DNA of 51,471 nucleotides from Mariprofundaceae bacterium (GTDB taxonomy: Bacteria; Pseudomonadota; Zetaproteobacteria; Mariprofundales; Mariprofundaceae), in contig WFOJ01000096.1 in assembly GCA_015488125.1 (NCBI GenBank), positions 1-51,471 of the forward strand, written 5' to 3'. Within the stretch, counting starts at the first letter, position 1; every line of letters begins with the position of its first letter. Shown piece by piece: positions 10,540 through 19,597 of this stretch. The position numbers were made by a program, and so were the translations under genes. The notes below the pieces were generated by a model. That model was not told where the DNA came from, searched no databases, and worked only from the letters and a program-made list of their open reading frames with translations.

Positions 10540-11877
10540 TTATGAGGCGGTACTTCGTTGCTTTGAACAATATTGATTGTACAGTTCGGAATAATTGCCC
10601 ATCACAGGGTGAAACAATAGCATTGTATCGACTTGTTCATCAAACCATATTTTCCGGTAAATTTGTCCCCAAATAATCTGTTGGGCCACATAAGAATGAT
10701 ACTTTTCGACGTACTTTCTGCTCTTTTCCCCGATATCCTTTCTGGCTTCAGGGTGTTCAATAAGCCACTTCAATTTATCGTAAAGACTATCAATATCGGC
10801 CTGTACGATGGGGCATTCATCGAGATAAGAATAATGCCGAAGCACTGAAACATCGCCCTGGAAATTTGAAATAACAGGTTTGCCCAAAGCCATTCCCTCG
10901 ATTCCCGATAACCCGTAGCCAGTGATGAGCAACTCCACAAGTATATCACATCGTTCCAAAGCTTTCCTAACTTCACTGTTTTTCATGTTTTCCAATAGCA
11001 ACAGTTCAACAGGGATCCCCTCTTCCTTCAATCTGCGCACTGCAGAAAAAACATATTCGGTTCCCTTGATCAGGCGATGATTGGGAGAATGCGCAATGAT
11101 AACAGGAGATGCATCGTCCTTACCTGATTGATCGTTTCCGCCTGATTTTAGCTTCCACATATCCGTATCAATTGCCAAATAACTCACAGGCAATATATCC
11201 CATCGATATAGCCCATCAAAATTAATGCTTCCCACACAAAAGTCTGCCCACCTGCCGTAATGATCAATCCACTTTCGAATTGCAGATCGATTCCGAATAA
11301 GTGAGCCACCATATTGATATAGCTGAACAAACTTATATTCACGATTCATCATGGTGGAGAGTTCATGAACATCCGCCCCATAAGGCATTACAACAACTCG
11401 TTTGTTGAAGGCATGTAAGAGATGTATTTCTAAAAACCTCAAGGGTGTTCTGGATAATATCCCTCCATCATAAAAAAAATGAAACACATCGAACTTCATC
11501 AACAGGTAGATGAAAGATAAATAAGGTTCAATTAACAACACAACTGGCCTGGGAAGAAATTTATATAGGTTGAAAAGCTCGTAACGATATAAATCAAAAT
11601 CGGCTTTCTCCCCAATCCGCTCATAATAAGTGCCGACAAATGTCTTGGAGTAATAACCCACCTTACCCAACGCCTGAGATGCGTACTTGATATTGATTAA
11701 AGGAGTACAACCCCACAATAGACGGGGTAACACCCATTTTGCAGACGCGCTGACGACCTTGGATGGTATTGCAATTCTCAACAATAACAAACATAAAAGA
11801 AAAAACGGGCACAAGACTGCCGAAAGCAGCCAATAACCCGACCGAAGAAACAACGAATAACCAGAACGAGGTATCAC
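10540..11877 (-). CDS. glycosyltransferase-like protein with N-terminal membrane anchor (paralog of 6211..7353)
   Basis: 445 aa. Hydrophobic N-terminus LLSAVLCPFFLLCLLLL. C-terminal block HSPNHRLIKGTEYVFSAVRRLKEEGIPVELLLLENMKNSE..CDILVELLITGYGLSGIEGMALGKPVI. Confidence 0.55.
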   Translation of the reverse strand: MIPRSGYSLFLRSGYWLLSAVLCPFFLLCLLLLRIAIPSKVVSASAKWVLPRLLWGCTPLINIKYASQALGKVGYYSKTFVGTYYERIGEKADFDLYRYELFNLYKFLPRPVVLLIEPYLSFIYLLMKFDVFHFFYDGGILSRTPLRFLEIHLLHAFNKRVVVMPYGADVHELSTMMNREYKFVQLYQYGGSLIRNRSAIRKWIDHYGRWADFCVGSINFDGLYRWDILPVSYLAIDTDMWKLKSGGNDQSGKDDASPVIIAHSPNHRLIKGTEYVFSAVRRLKEEGIPVELLLLENMKNSEVRKALERCDILVELLITGYGLSGIEGMALGKPVISNFQGDVSVLRHYSYLDECPIVQADIDSLYDKLKWLIEHPEARKDIGEKSRKYVEKYHSYVAQQIIWGQIYRKIWFDEQVDTMLLFHPVMGNYSELYNQYCSKQRSTAS

Positions 11878-13016
11878 GACAATACATCCAAAATTCTGGA
11901 ACCATCAACCGTGCAATTGTGTTCGAAGGTTCTCTTCGACGGCATGGCATCCTGAATACACCAATTTGGGTGTACCTGATACAATGTGTATGCCCTCTGG
12001 CACATATCTACACCGATAAGCCCCCGATTTGCATCCAGACACAATAACAAACCATCATGTACAGCTACCACCTGCTGAACCCACTCAACTTCCTCAGTTC
12101 CCTCAACCTTGCCACCGAGCGATGTCAAACTTGCGCGAAAAATCGGTTCCCAATCCACAGAAAAATGCCACCATTCACCCAATGTAGTGTTTGTCATAAG
12201 CCAGCCATCCCGATAAGGCTGAAGACCATGGGGCATCTGACTCAGACAATCACACACACAAACAGCATCTCCGCCATCTTGCTTAACCCTGTAAATGCGA
12301 CCATCGTGGGCTATTGACAAGAGAATATCGCCACTTTCCCCATAGTGATCATACATGGCCACATTGGGGTGGGCCGTTCTTCTGGCTGTTACCAACCCTT
12401 GTTCTCCGTACTGTGCCGGATCAATCAATAATGTTTTTTTCTTCTGCGCCAGATACTGTTGATATTGTTCGATGTTCGCTGCAAGCCAAAAATCTTCACC
12501 ATCAGGATTGAAACCGTGATCCCAGGCAAACCACTCCCATGTCACATCACCGGTTTCTATTTCAATTTCAAAACAAGCATCATATCCGGATGAAACAATC
12601 AACATTCGTTTTCCATTCGGCGAAAGATCGATGGTGTGAAGAAAGGCAAAAAAAGGATGCCGGTATTCCCGAATAACGCGCCCCCGATCATCAATCCATT
12701 TTACGCAATCGATCTCAGTTATCAGATAGCCATGTTCTGGATGTCTTCTTATATGTCTGGGTTCTCTGAATTCTTTGCTGTCTTGCAAAACACACATTCC
12801 ATCTTGCAATGTCACGCTGGCTAGAAGACCAATGCTGGTTGGCCGTTCGTTCACACGTCCGATTTTTCCACCCTTCCGGGATTCCAGCATGCGCCGTCGC
12901 CGTTCCAGTTGGTCCTGACTTTTAACGACCAGCAGCCACTCGCTGTTATTCAGCACGTTATCTGTCTTTTTGAACTGAGAAATATCGACTGCTTCAATCA
13001 CAGCTATTTCCCGCAT
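11874..13016 (-). CDS. hypothetical protein, possibly beta-propeller (arylsulfotransferase-like repeats); function unknown
   Basis: 380-aa ORF translationally coupled on both sides (4-nt and 23-nt overlaps). The segment FLHTIDLSPNGKRMLIVSSGYDACFEIEIETGDVTWEWFAWDHGF is reminiscent of ASST-type propeller blades. I cannot confirm this without an HMM search. Confidence 0.55.
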   Translation of the reverse strand: MREIAVIEAVDISQFKKTDNVLNNSEWLLVVKSQDQLERRRRMLESRKGGKIGRVNERPTSIGLLASVTLQDGMCVLQDSKEFREPRHIRRHPEHGYLITEIDCVKWIDDRGRVIREYRHPFFAFLHTIDLSPNGKRMLIVSSGYDACFEIEIETGDVTWEWFAWDHGFNPDGEDFWLAANIEQYQQYLAQKKKTLLIDPAQYGEQGLVTARRTAHPNVAMYDHYGESGDILLSIAHDGRIYRVKQDGGDAVCVCDCLSQMPHGLQPYRDGWLMTNTTLGEWWHFSVDWEPIFRASLTSLGGKVEGTEEVEWVQQVVAVHDGLLLCLDANRGLIGVDMCQRAYTLYQVHPNWCIQDAMPSKRTFEHNCTVDGSRILDVLS

Positions 13017-13803
13017 GTATCAGCGGAGTCACCCATGCATTCAGCCCTGTATCAGGTAACCCATTGGGAAAGTACCTTCGGTAATAATGATTTGTCAGAA
13101 ATTCCGATTCTGCTAAACGAATATGATCACGCCAAGCTCCTGCCAAAACCTGCTCCATTGTGCTGCTGTCGTATACCCATTGAAATGGATGAAACAACAA
13201 ATGAATCCTCTCAGGTGAATTTATCGCCTTATCAAGCCACTCCTCAATCGTGAAACGGTGGTTGGAATCAGAAGCATAAGCAAGTCCGTCAGCCACAAGC
13301 GCATAGGGGTTGATCAATCCAGCAATTGGTCGCGATACCAATGAAGCATGTTTCGCCCCCAGAACACTCGGATTGTGCCAACTCATCACAGGTTGCACCG
13401 GAACATCCAGCATTGAAGCAAGCAATTGCATATCATGCTGTACCATGGCATCAACAATTTCAGCCAACTCTTCTGCCGGAGAATCGGCAACGGCCTTTGG
13501 AAGGGAGAAATGCAACCCGATGGTATGCCCCAGCTCAATGATACGATGAATATTGTCGATATTATCCTGCTCCAACAAGTTGTACAAAACATTCCTGATC
13601 TGTAAGCAAAAGCATGCTTTCACGCCCAGTGCGTGATTTGCCTCTGCGACCCGTACAGCCGCCAGCAAATTATAATCAATGTCATGTCGTAACAATACGG
13701 CCTTAGGCACTTCTTCCGGTATGACCTCACCTAACGGATAAAAGGCGTAACCATTCTTCTGAAATGCTGAAAGCACATCTGAATAACTAACAAGAGAAAA
13801 CAT
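12994..13803 (-). CDS. polysaccharide deacetylase-like / hypothetical protein
   Basis: 269 aa. The LLRHDIDY and GHTIGLHF motifs resemble the divergent CE4-like fold. 1-nt overlap with the upstream methyltransferase. Confidence 0.5.
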   Translation of the reverse strand: MFSLVSYSDVLSAFQKNGYAFYPLGEVIPEEVPKAVLLRHDIDYNLLAAVRVAEANHALGVKACFCLQIRNVLYNLLEQDNIDNIHRIIELGHTIGLHFSLPKAVADSPAEELAEIVDAMVQHDMQLLASMLDVPVQPVMSWHNPSVLGAKHASLVSRPIAGLINPYALVADGLAYASDSNHRFTIEEWLDKAINSPERIHLLFHPFQWVYDSSTMEQVLAGAWRDHIRLAESEFLTNHYYRRYFPNGLPDTGLNAWVTPLIHAGNSCD

Positions 13804-14717
13804 TAAACCGCTTTCCGCAGCAAACTGATATAGATTCGTTCAATTCCCGCAGCTTGGCTGGATACCTTTTTGAGTAAACTGATTTTTTCATCCGACAACT
13901 CGCCTCTTAGCCGCATGCCATGCAATAACAAAGCTGGCTCAGCCGGTACTGTTATGCATTCTAGTACCTCAAAGCCAACAGCTTCCGCATCACGTTGCAT
14001 GCGTTTCTTGTCGTACAAATGAACTTCCACGGTGTGTTCGCTCTGACCACGAACAGTATCAACAAACTTTTTCTCACAAAGAATGCGCCCAACCTGCCCC
14101 CAATCGCTATTCAGCAACGCATGCACAAAATAGGCCTGGCTGGAGACATTGCTTACCATAGCCATTCCTCCAGGCTTTAGGCATCGCCATGCAGCACGAT
14201 ATGCGTCGAGAGGATCGGAGAGTGTATAAGCGACCTCGGAAAGAATCACTGCATCGGCAAAATCTATCCAAGGGAAAGTTTTATTGGCGGAAGAGCAAAT
14301 CAATGTTACCCGCTTTTTTTCATCCCCGCTAAGAGCTGCCCACAACCTCTTAAGATCAGTCGGGTTAAAATCAATAGCAACAACCCTCGACTCAGGTATC
14401 AAAATCAGCGCCTCCTTGCTCAAACGACCGTCACCACAACCAAGATCAACAATACAGGAAGGCTTGGGGATGACATCTGCAACTTTTCCAAGAGCTTCCC
14501 GGTAAAAAGGCATGTCATAATATCCCGCCTGCAATAAATTCGATGAACGTTCTCTTTGCCTGCATCCATCCGCCGAATTGTAGGCGTTTGCCTCTTCAGT
14601 ATCTCCACATTGTTCGGCATAAAGTATACTATCGGTATATTTCCAACCGAGAGGAAGATATTTTAAATTTAGCGTATCCAAATTCATGTGTATCGCATCC
14701 ATGGAAGATTCTTTCAA
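13803..14717 (-). CDS. class I SAM-dependent methyltransferase
   Basis: 304 aa. Motif I is IVDLGCGDGRLS, and the post-I acidic residue is in VVAIDFN. Confidence 0.8.
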   Translation of the reverse strand: MKESSMDAIHMNLDTLNLKYLPLGWKYTDSILYAEQCGDTEEANAYNSADGCRQRERSSNLLQAGYYDMPFYREALGKVADVIPKPSCIVDLGCGDGRLSKEALILIPESRVVAIDFNPTDLKRLWAALSGDEKKRVTLICSSANKTFPWIDFADAVILSEVAYTLSDPLDAYRAAWRCLKPGGMAMVSNVSSQAYFVHALLNSDWGQVGRILCEKKFVDTVRGQSEHTVEVHLYDKKRMQRDAEAVGFEVLECITVPAEPALLLHGMRLRGELSDEKISLLKKVSSQAAGIERIYISLLRKAV

Positions 14718-14832
14718 CTTGATCGCAGTAAGTGACCTGATATAACCAGTAGTGACTGTTGTATAGCCCCACCCCTCTTTACAGAAAGTATATTTTTCCA
14801 GCTCATTGGAGAAATGCCATCAGATTCCAACT

Positions 14833-15576
14833 TCAAGGACATTGAATTTCTCCGATTTTACCGAATTCCATACCTCTATCTTTTCCCTGTTGAATCAAAC
14901 GAAGCAGAAAATTACGTGTGCCTGTAACTGCGTCCGAATTTCGCTGTTTCAACATTTGAACGGGATTATTAAAAAATTCGCGACAGATCTCATATCGTTT
15001 CAAAGTCTCAGTATTGAGAAAAACGTGAACCGGATGAAAATTAAAAATCTTCAAACCATGCGCATCGAGAAACCGCTCAACACTCCAATCTTTTTCAGTC
15101 CCATTTGAAAAACAAAAAGCATGCACATCATCTTCCCAAACAAAAGGAGTTCGAATTAGTCCGTTCCAAGATCGGAATGGTTTAACTTCAATTCCACTAT
15201 TTTTCGGTATTAGTAAATTAACTTCATGGGTCATTCCAATCTCAACAAAGTGGTCTAGCAAGCGAGTATTTTGCGTCAAAGAATGGGATCTAACACTTAC
15301 AGCCTCAGGAACCATCTCTTTTAGATGGCAGGTAATTTCCCCCATGCTCTTTTTTACAGTATCACCACCAAACAAAAGGTTGTTAAAATTTGGATGAATT
15401 CCCAGCTCAATGGCATCGTCTTTTCTCATGAGATCGAGCAATGGTGTATCATGAGTGACGAAAAACGTGGCTGATACATTATATTCATTAAGAATGGAAA
15501 GGGTGTCTGCCAGAACCTCATTACCAGCCCAATCAATATCAAAAGTAAGAAAAACTCTTTTAGCCCAATTACGCAT
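14833..15576 (-). CDS. polysaccharide deacetylase-family protein (WbmS-like)
   Basis: 247 aa. FLTFDIDW..ATFFVTHD..GIHPNF..RSHSL is a pattern of CE4-related deacetylases found in O-antigen loci. Confidence 0.65.
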   Translation of the reverse strand: MRNWAKRVFLTFDIDWAGNEVLADTLSILNEYNVSATFFVTHDTPLLDLMRKDDAIELGIHPNFNNLLFGGDTVKKSMGEITCHLKEMVPEAVSVRSHSLTQNTRLLDHFVEIGMTHEVNLLIPKNSGIEVKPFRSWNGLIRTPFVWEDDVHAFCFSNGTEKDWSVERFLDAHGLKIFNFHPVHVFLNTETLKRYEICREFFNNPVQMLKQRNSDAVTGTRNFLLRLIQQGKDRGMEFGKIGEIQCP

Positions 15577-16351
15577 CTTTTTTTACCACATAAACACCGG
15601 CATAGCTGCATTCAGAAAAGTTTAGACTAAATGCGTTTTTAATTTGTAGCTCAGCAAATACACGATTAATGTGACTATCATGCTGTACGTTTCCATTTGT
15701 CAGCAATGGATGAATTACACGTGACCCGTAGATATACTCACCGAACCCAACGAATTCAATAACTTCCCCTCTACTCTGAAAAAAGCCTTCAAGATCAAGG
15801 TTATCAAAAAAAAGATTGTATTCAACCACATTCATCACTGATAGGCCATTACGCTGGCGATGAATATTTATGCCATCCCATCCATGCTTATACCCTTCAC
15901 TAAACAATAACAGCCCCCCAGGTTTAAGCACATAAAAAAGATTTTCCAATGCCCGATATTGCATTTTGGCATCAGGAAGATTTATCAGACAGCGAATGCT
16001 AATGACCCGGTCGAAGGAATTCGGTTCAAATACTTTATCCAATTCTAGCACATCACCTTGGATAAAATTTCCATTGCATATGCTTCTTTGTAATGCACGC
16101 TCAATGAGCGATTGAGAATAATCTATGCCTGTAATTTCATTAACTCGTTGAGAGAAAAAATCTGTTGATGATCCATCACCACAGCCAACATCAAGAACCT
16201 GATCATTGCTATCTAGGTAATTGCCTATGAAGTACTCGTTAAGCTGTTGCATATAGGGATCTCGTGCTGTTGATTTCAACCCATCCTTATCAACTTCTTT
16301 TAACCCGGCTTCTTGCCAGAATTTCTTTATTTTTTCATATAGTTCCATCAA
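15569..16351 (-). CDS. class I SAM-dependent methyltransferase
   Basis: 260 aa. Motif I is VLDVGCGDGSST, followed later by LKPGGLLLF. Confidence 0.85.
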   Translation of the reverse strand: MMELYEKIKKFWQEAGLKEVDKDGLKSTARDPYMQQLNEYFIGNYLDSNDQVLDVGCGDGSSTDFFSQRVNEITGIDYSQSLIERALQRSICNGNFIQGDVLELDKVFEPNSFDRVISIRCLINLPDAKMQYRALENLFYVLKPGGLLLFSEGYKHGWDGINIHRQRNGLSVMNVVEYNLFFDNLDLEGFFQSRGEVIEFVGFGEYIYGSRVIHPLLTNGNVQHDSHINRVFAELQIKNAFSLNFSECSYAGVYVVKKDA

Positions 16352-16382
16352 TCACCTCTACATTAATCATATAGCAATGCCA

Positions 16383-16527
16383 GTAACTATTCAGCTCATC
16401 CCGTGGTTTGCCCGATACCTGCGTTGAAAATGCTCATGTGCGAATAGCACACCGCGCGTTTTCGCCTTGTTATCGAACAAACCACGGGGGCGATCTGAAC
16501 AGTTACAAAATGTAGCTGAATAGTTAC
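16383..16527. mobile_element. 145-bp MITE-like element with 14-bp perfect terminal inverted repeats and 8-bp target-site duplication
   Basis: GTAACTATTCAGCT at 16383-16396 and its exact reverse complement AGCTGAATAGTTAC at 16514-16527. Both ends are flanked by the identical CAATGCCA (16375-16382 and 16528-16535). An inner imperfect arm (16478-16506) mirrors 16383-16410. Confidence 0.65.
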
Positions 16528-16564
16528 CAATGCCATAAGATAAATTGTCAGTCATTTTCCAAAA

Positions 16565-18448
16565 TCACAACTCATCATGAATAAACAACTCACACCACTC
16601 TTCGAAGTTGAGCAGTGACCAAATAAACAGTCTGCGGTTTTCCTTGCCTTGAATATGATCATTAATCAGGTCTTGAATAGTTTTACGATCCATATAATCA
16701 TAAATTCTGGCATGTGGTGAACACAGTTTTCTGCGCACGTATTCAATGCTTTCGCCACGAAACCAGGAGGCATCCGGAGCAGAAAAACCACGCTTTTCAG
16801 CTTGGGTGATTTCATCCGGAATATAATGACGCATCACTTCCCGAAGGAGAAGCTTTCCATCTTTCACTTTTTGGAAGTATTTCTTCGTTTTGTTACCAGG
16901 TTCATTTTCATTGAGGCGAACAACATCTGTCAAATTTCTCAACTTCAGTCGGACAGGAACCTGCATGGCAAAATCGACCAGATCATTGTCAAGAAATGGT
17001 ACACGAGACTCCAAGCCATGTGCCATACTCAACTTATCTTCGACAACGAGTAGGCCATGCAAAAATGTTTTCGCCTCAAAATAGAGAGAATGATTCACAT
17101 AATCCTCAGGACGTGTCAGAGAAGACGCATGTCTGTAAAAAACATTTTTGAAAATATCACGAGTCCAAACATGATTCACATCCGACCAGACAGGGCTGAA
17201 CACCTTATGAATTAGCTTGTTTTGAATCAACCGCTGCCAGAACTTGTAATATTTATCAATATAATGTTCAAAATCATCGTTGACGACGGCACGATAATAG
17301 CGCCAGGGATAGCCGCCAAACAGCTCATCTCCGCCAGCGCCGGACAAAACAACCTTGACGAATTTTGAGGCTAATTTGGCAGCGTAAAAATTAGGATAAC
17401 TTTGGCCAACGCGCGGCTCTTCAAGGTGCCAGGCCAGCGCAGGTAGAGCGCGCTCCATGTCGCCAGCCTTGAGTACCATTTCATAATGTTCCGTCTTGAA
17501 CAGATAGGACATGTATTCGGCCTGTGTTCGCTCATCATAGCCCAGTTCGATGCCCGATGCTGAATTGAGGTCGAACCCGCAGGTAAATGTTTTCATGTAG
17601 GGGTACTGCTGTGCGGCCAGGGCTGTAATGGAGCCAGAGTCAATGCCCCCGCTGAGGTAGGACCCCAGTTCAACGTCACTGACCAGCTGACGATTGACCG
17701 CCTGCCTGAACAGACGATCCAGTTCTTCCCTGTATTCGCTGTCACTGGCGGGGGATTCTGGCTCAACAAAATTGAAGTCCCAGTATTGTGTAAGTTTGAT
17801 CGTTCCGGAATCAGCGCTGACAATGCCGTAATGCCCTGCGGGAAATATGTGAACGCCCTTGAGCAGGGTTTTGTCGGTGAAAATATTCTGGAAAGTGAAA
17901 TATTCCAGTAAACCTTCAAGGTCAACCTGCTTTTCAATGCCAGGATATGCAGTCATGGCTTTTTGCTCAGAGCCAAACAAAAACGCCGAACCCTGAAACA
18001 TATAGTACAGCGGCTTGATGCCATAACGATCACGCGCCAGGAACAGCGCTTTGCTGCGACGATCCCATACCGCGAAGGCAAACATGCCGTTAAGCCGGTG
18101 CAGACAGTCAGCGCCCCATTCAACCCAGGCATTCAGCAGGACTTCTGAATCGGTATCTGAAACAAAGCGATGCCCCAGCCGCTCCAGTTCCGCACGAATT
18201 TCCATGAAATTGTAGATTTCGCCGTTATAGCTGAGTACATAGCGCTGATCAGCACTTACCATCGGTTGATGCCCGGCCGGGCTCAGGTCGATGATTGCCA
18301 GACGACGATGGCCTAATCCGACACAGCCATCCACCCAATGCCCTTCCCCGTCCGGCCCCCGGTGGGCTATGGCATCGGTCATACGCTTTAGAAGAACTGG
18401 CGAGGCCGGTTCACCATTCAGGTGCAGCATGCCTGCAATACCACACAT
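16565..18448 (-). CDS. AsnB-family glutamine-dependent amidotransferase (second copy)
   Basis: 627 aa. N-terminal MCGIAGML and the PP-loop YLSGGIDSGSITA. Confidence 0.9.
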   Translation of the reverse strand: MCGIAGMLHLNGEPASPVLLKRMTDAIAHRGPDGEGHWVDGCVGLGHRRLAIIDLSPAGHQPMVSADQRYVLSYNGEIYNFMEIRAELERLGHRFVSDTDSEVLLNAWVEWGADCLHRLNGMFAFAVWDRRSKALFLARDRYGIKPLYYMFQGSAFLFGSEQKAMTAYPGIEKQVDLEGLLEYFTFQNIFTDKTLLKGVHIFPAGHYGIVSADSGTIKLTQYWDFNFVEPESPASDSEYREELDRLFRQAVNRQLVSDVELGSYLSGGIDSGSITALAAQQYPYMKTFTCGFDLNSASGIELGYDERTQAEYMSYLFKTEHYEMVLKAGDMERALPALAWHLEEPRVGQSYPNFYAAKLASKFVKVVLSGAGGDELFGGYPWRYYRAVVNDDFEHYIDKYYKFWQRLIQNKLIHKVFSPVWSDVNHVWTRDIFKNVFYRHASSLTRPEDYVNHSLYFEAKTFLHGLLVVEDKLSMAHGLESRVPFLDNDLVDFAMQVPVRLKLRNLTDVVRLNENEPGNKTKKYFQKVKDGKLLLREVMRHYIPDEITQAEKRGFSAPDASWFRGESIEYVRRKLCSPHARIYDYMDRKTIQDLINDHIQGKENRRLFIWSLLNFEEWCELFIHDEL

Positions 18449-19597
18449 TTAGCTTGCGATTCCTTTGATGCACTCAACCACATAAGCGTAATCATCCGCT
18501 GTCATCCTGTTATGCAGTGGAATCGCCATGGTATGGGCATCGCATGCTTTAGCTGCCGGAAAATCATCTGCCCGGATACCAAAGCGATCCCGGTATAGCC
18601 CCAGCATATGCACAGCATGCGTTCCCGGCCGGGTGGCAATGCCTCGCTGTTGCAAGGCATCCATAATATCGTTGCGTGGCATTGGCGCCCTTTCAGGTTC
18701 CACCCATGTGGTAAACGCCTGCCAGGCATGGCGGCCGCCCGCCGGTTCATCGGGCAGACGCAGCCACGCCACATCAGCCAGCTGATCACGATACCAGGCT
18801 GCCCAGTTGGCGCGTTCAGAAATGAAGGACTCCAGTTTGGCAAGCTGAACCAGCCCAACAGCGCCTTGTAAATCCGTCATGCGATAATTAAAGCCGAGCA
18901 GATTGAATGCTGGCAACAGGTAAGGGTGCGCCCCCTTGTGCCGCTGTTCCTCGGAGATACTGGCGCCGTGATTGCGCATCATGTTCATCTGTTCAAAAAG
19001 CGCATCGTCGTTGGTGGTGATCATGCCACCTTCACCCGTGGTAATGGATTTGCGCGGATGAAAGGAAAACACCCCTGCATCGCCCAGGCCACCAGCCTTT
19101 TTCCCTTGGTAGCTCGCACCCGCTGCACAGGCCGCATCCTCGATGATTTTGACATGCGGTGGAATGACTTTGCGAATGGCATCCATATCGGCGCACAAGC
19201 CGAATAAATGCACCGGAATAATGGCTTTGGTTTTTTCCGTTATCTTGCCGACCACATCGTCAGCATCCATGTTAAACGTCATTGGATCAACATCCGCAAA
19301 CACAGGGGTCGCGCCACAATAAAGCACAACATTCGCCGTTGCCACCCAGGTAAAGGCTGGTACGATCACTTCATCGCCCTCACCAACACCCATGGCTGCC
19401 AGCGCCAGATGCAGGCCGGTTGTGCAGCTTGTCACGGCCAGCGCATGTTTCACATCATGCGCTTTGGCGAACTGCGCCTCGAACTCAGCTACCTTTGGCC
19501 CTTGCGTCAGCCAACCACTCATAATGGGTTCACGCACTGCCTGCCATTCCTCTTCTCCGGTGGCAGGTAGCGAAATGTGTATCTGTCGTTTATGCAT
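18449..19597 (-). CDS. DegT/DnrJ/EryC1/StrS-family PLP-dependent sugar aminotransferase (second aminotransferase of the locus)
   Basis: Motifs GDEVIVPAFTWVATAN and SFHPRKSITTGEGGMITTND (PLP lysine). I chose the ATG at 19597 (MHKRQIHISLP..), which overlaps the upstream stop. The longer track ORF start at 19663 would run into the previous gene. Confidence 0.9.
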   Translation of the reverse strand: MHKRQIHISLPATGEEEWQAVREPIMSGWLTQGPKVAEFEAQFAKAHDVKHALAVTSCTTGLHLALAAMGVGEGDEVIVPAFTWVATANVVLYCGATPVFADVDPMTFNMDADDVVGKITEKTKAIIPVHLFGLCADMDAIRKVIPPHVKIIEDAACAAGASYQGKKAGGLGDAGVFSFHPRKSITTGEGGMITTNDDALFEQMNMMRNHGASISEEQRHKGAHPYLLPAFNLLGFNYRMTDLQGAVGLVQLAKLESFISERANWAAWYRDQLADVAWLRLPDEPAGGRHAWQAFTTWVEPERAPMPRNDIMDALQQRGIATRPGTHAVHMLGLYRDRFGIRADDFPAAKACDAHTMAIPLHNRMTADDYAYVVECIKGIAS

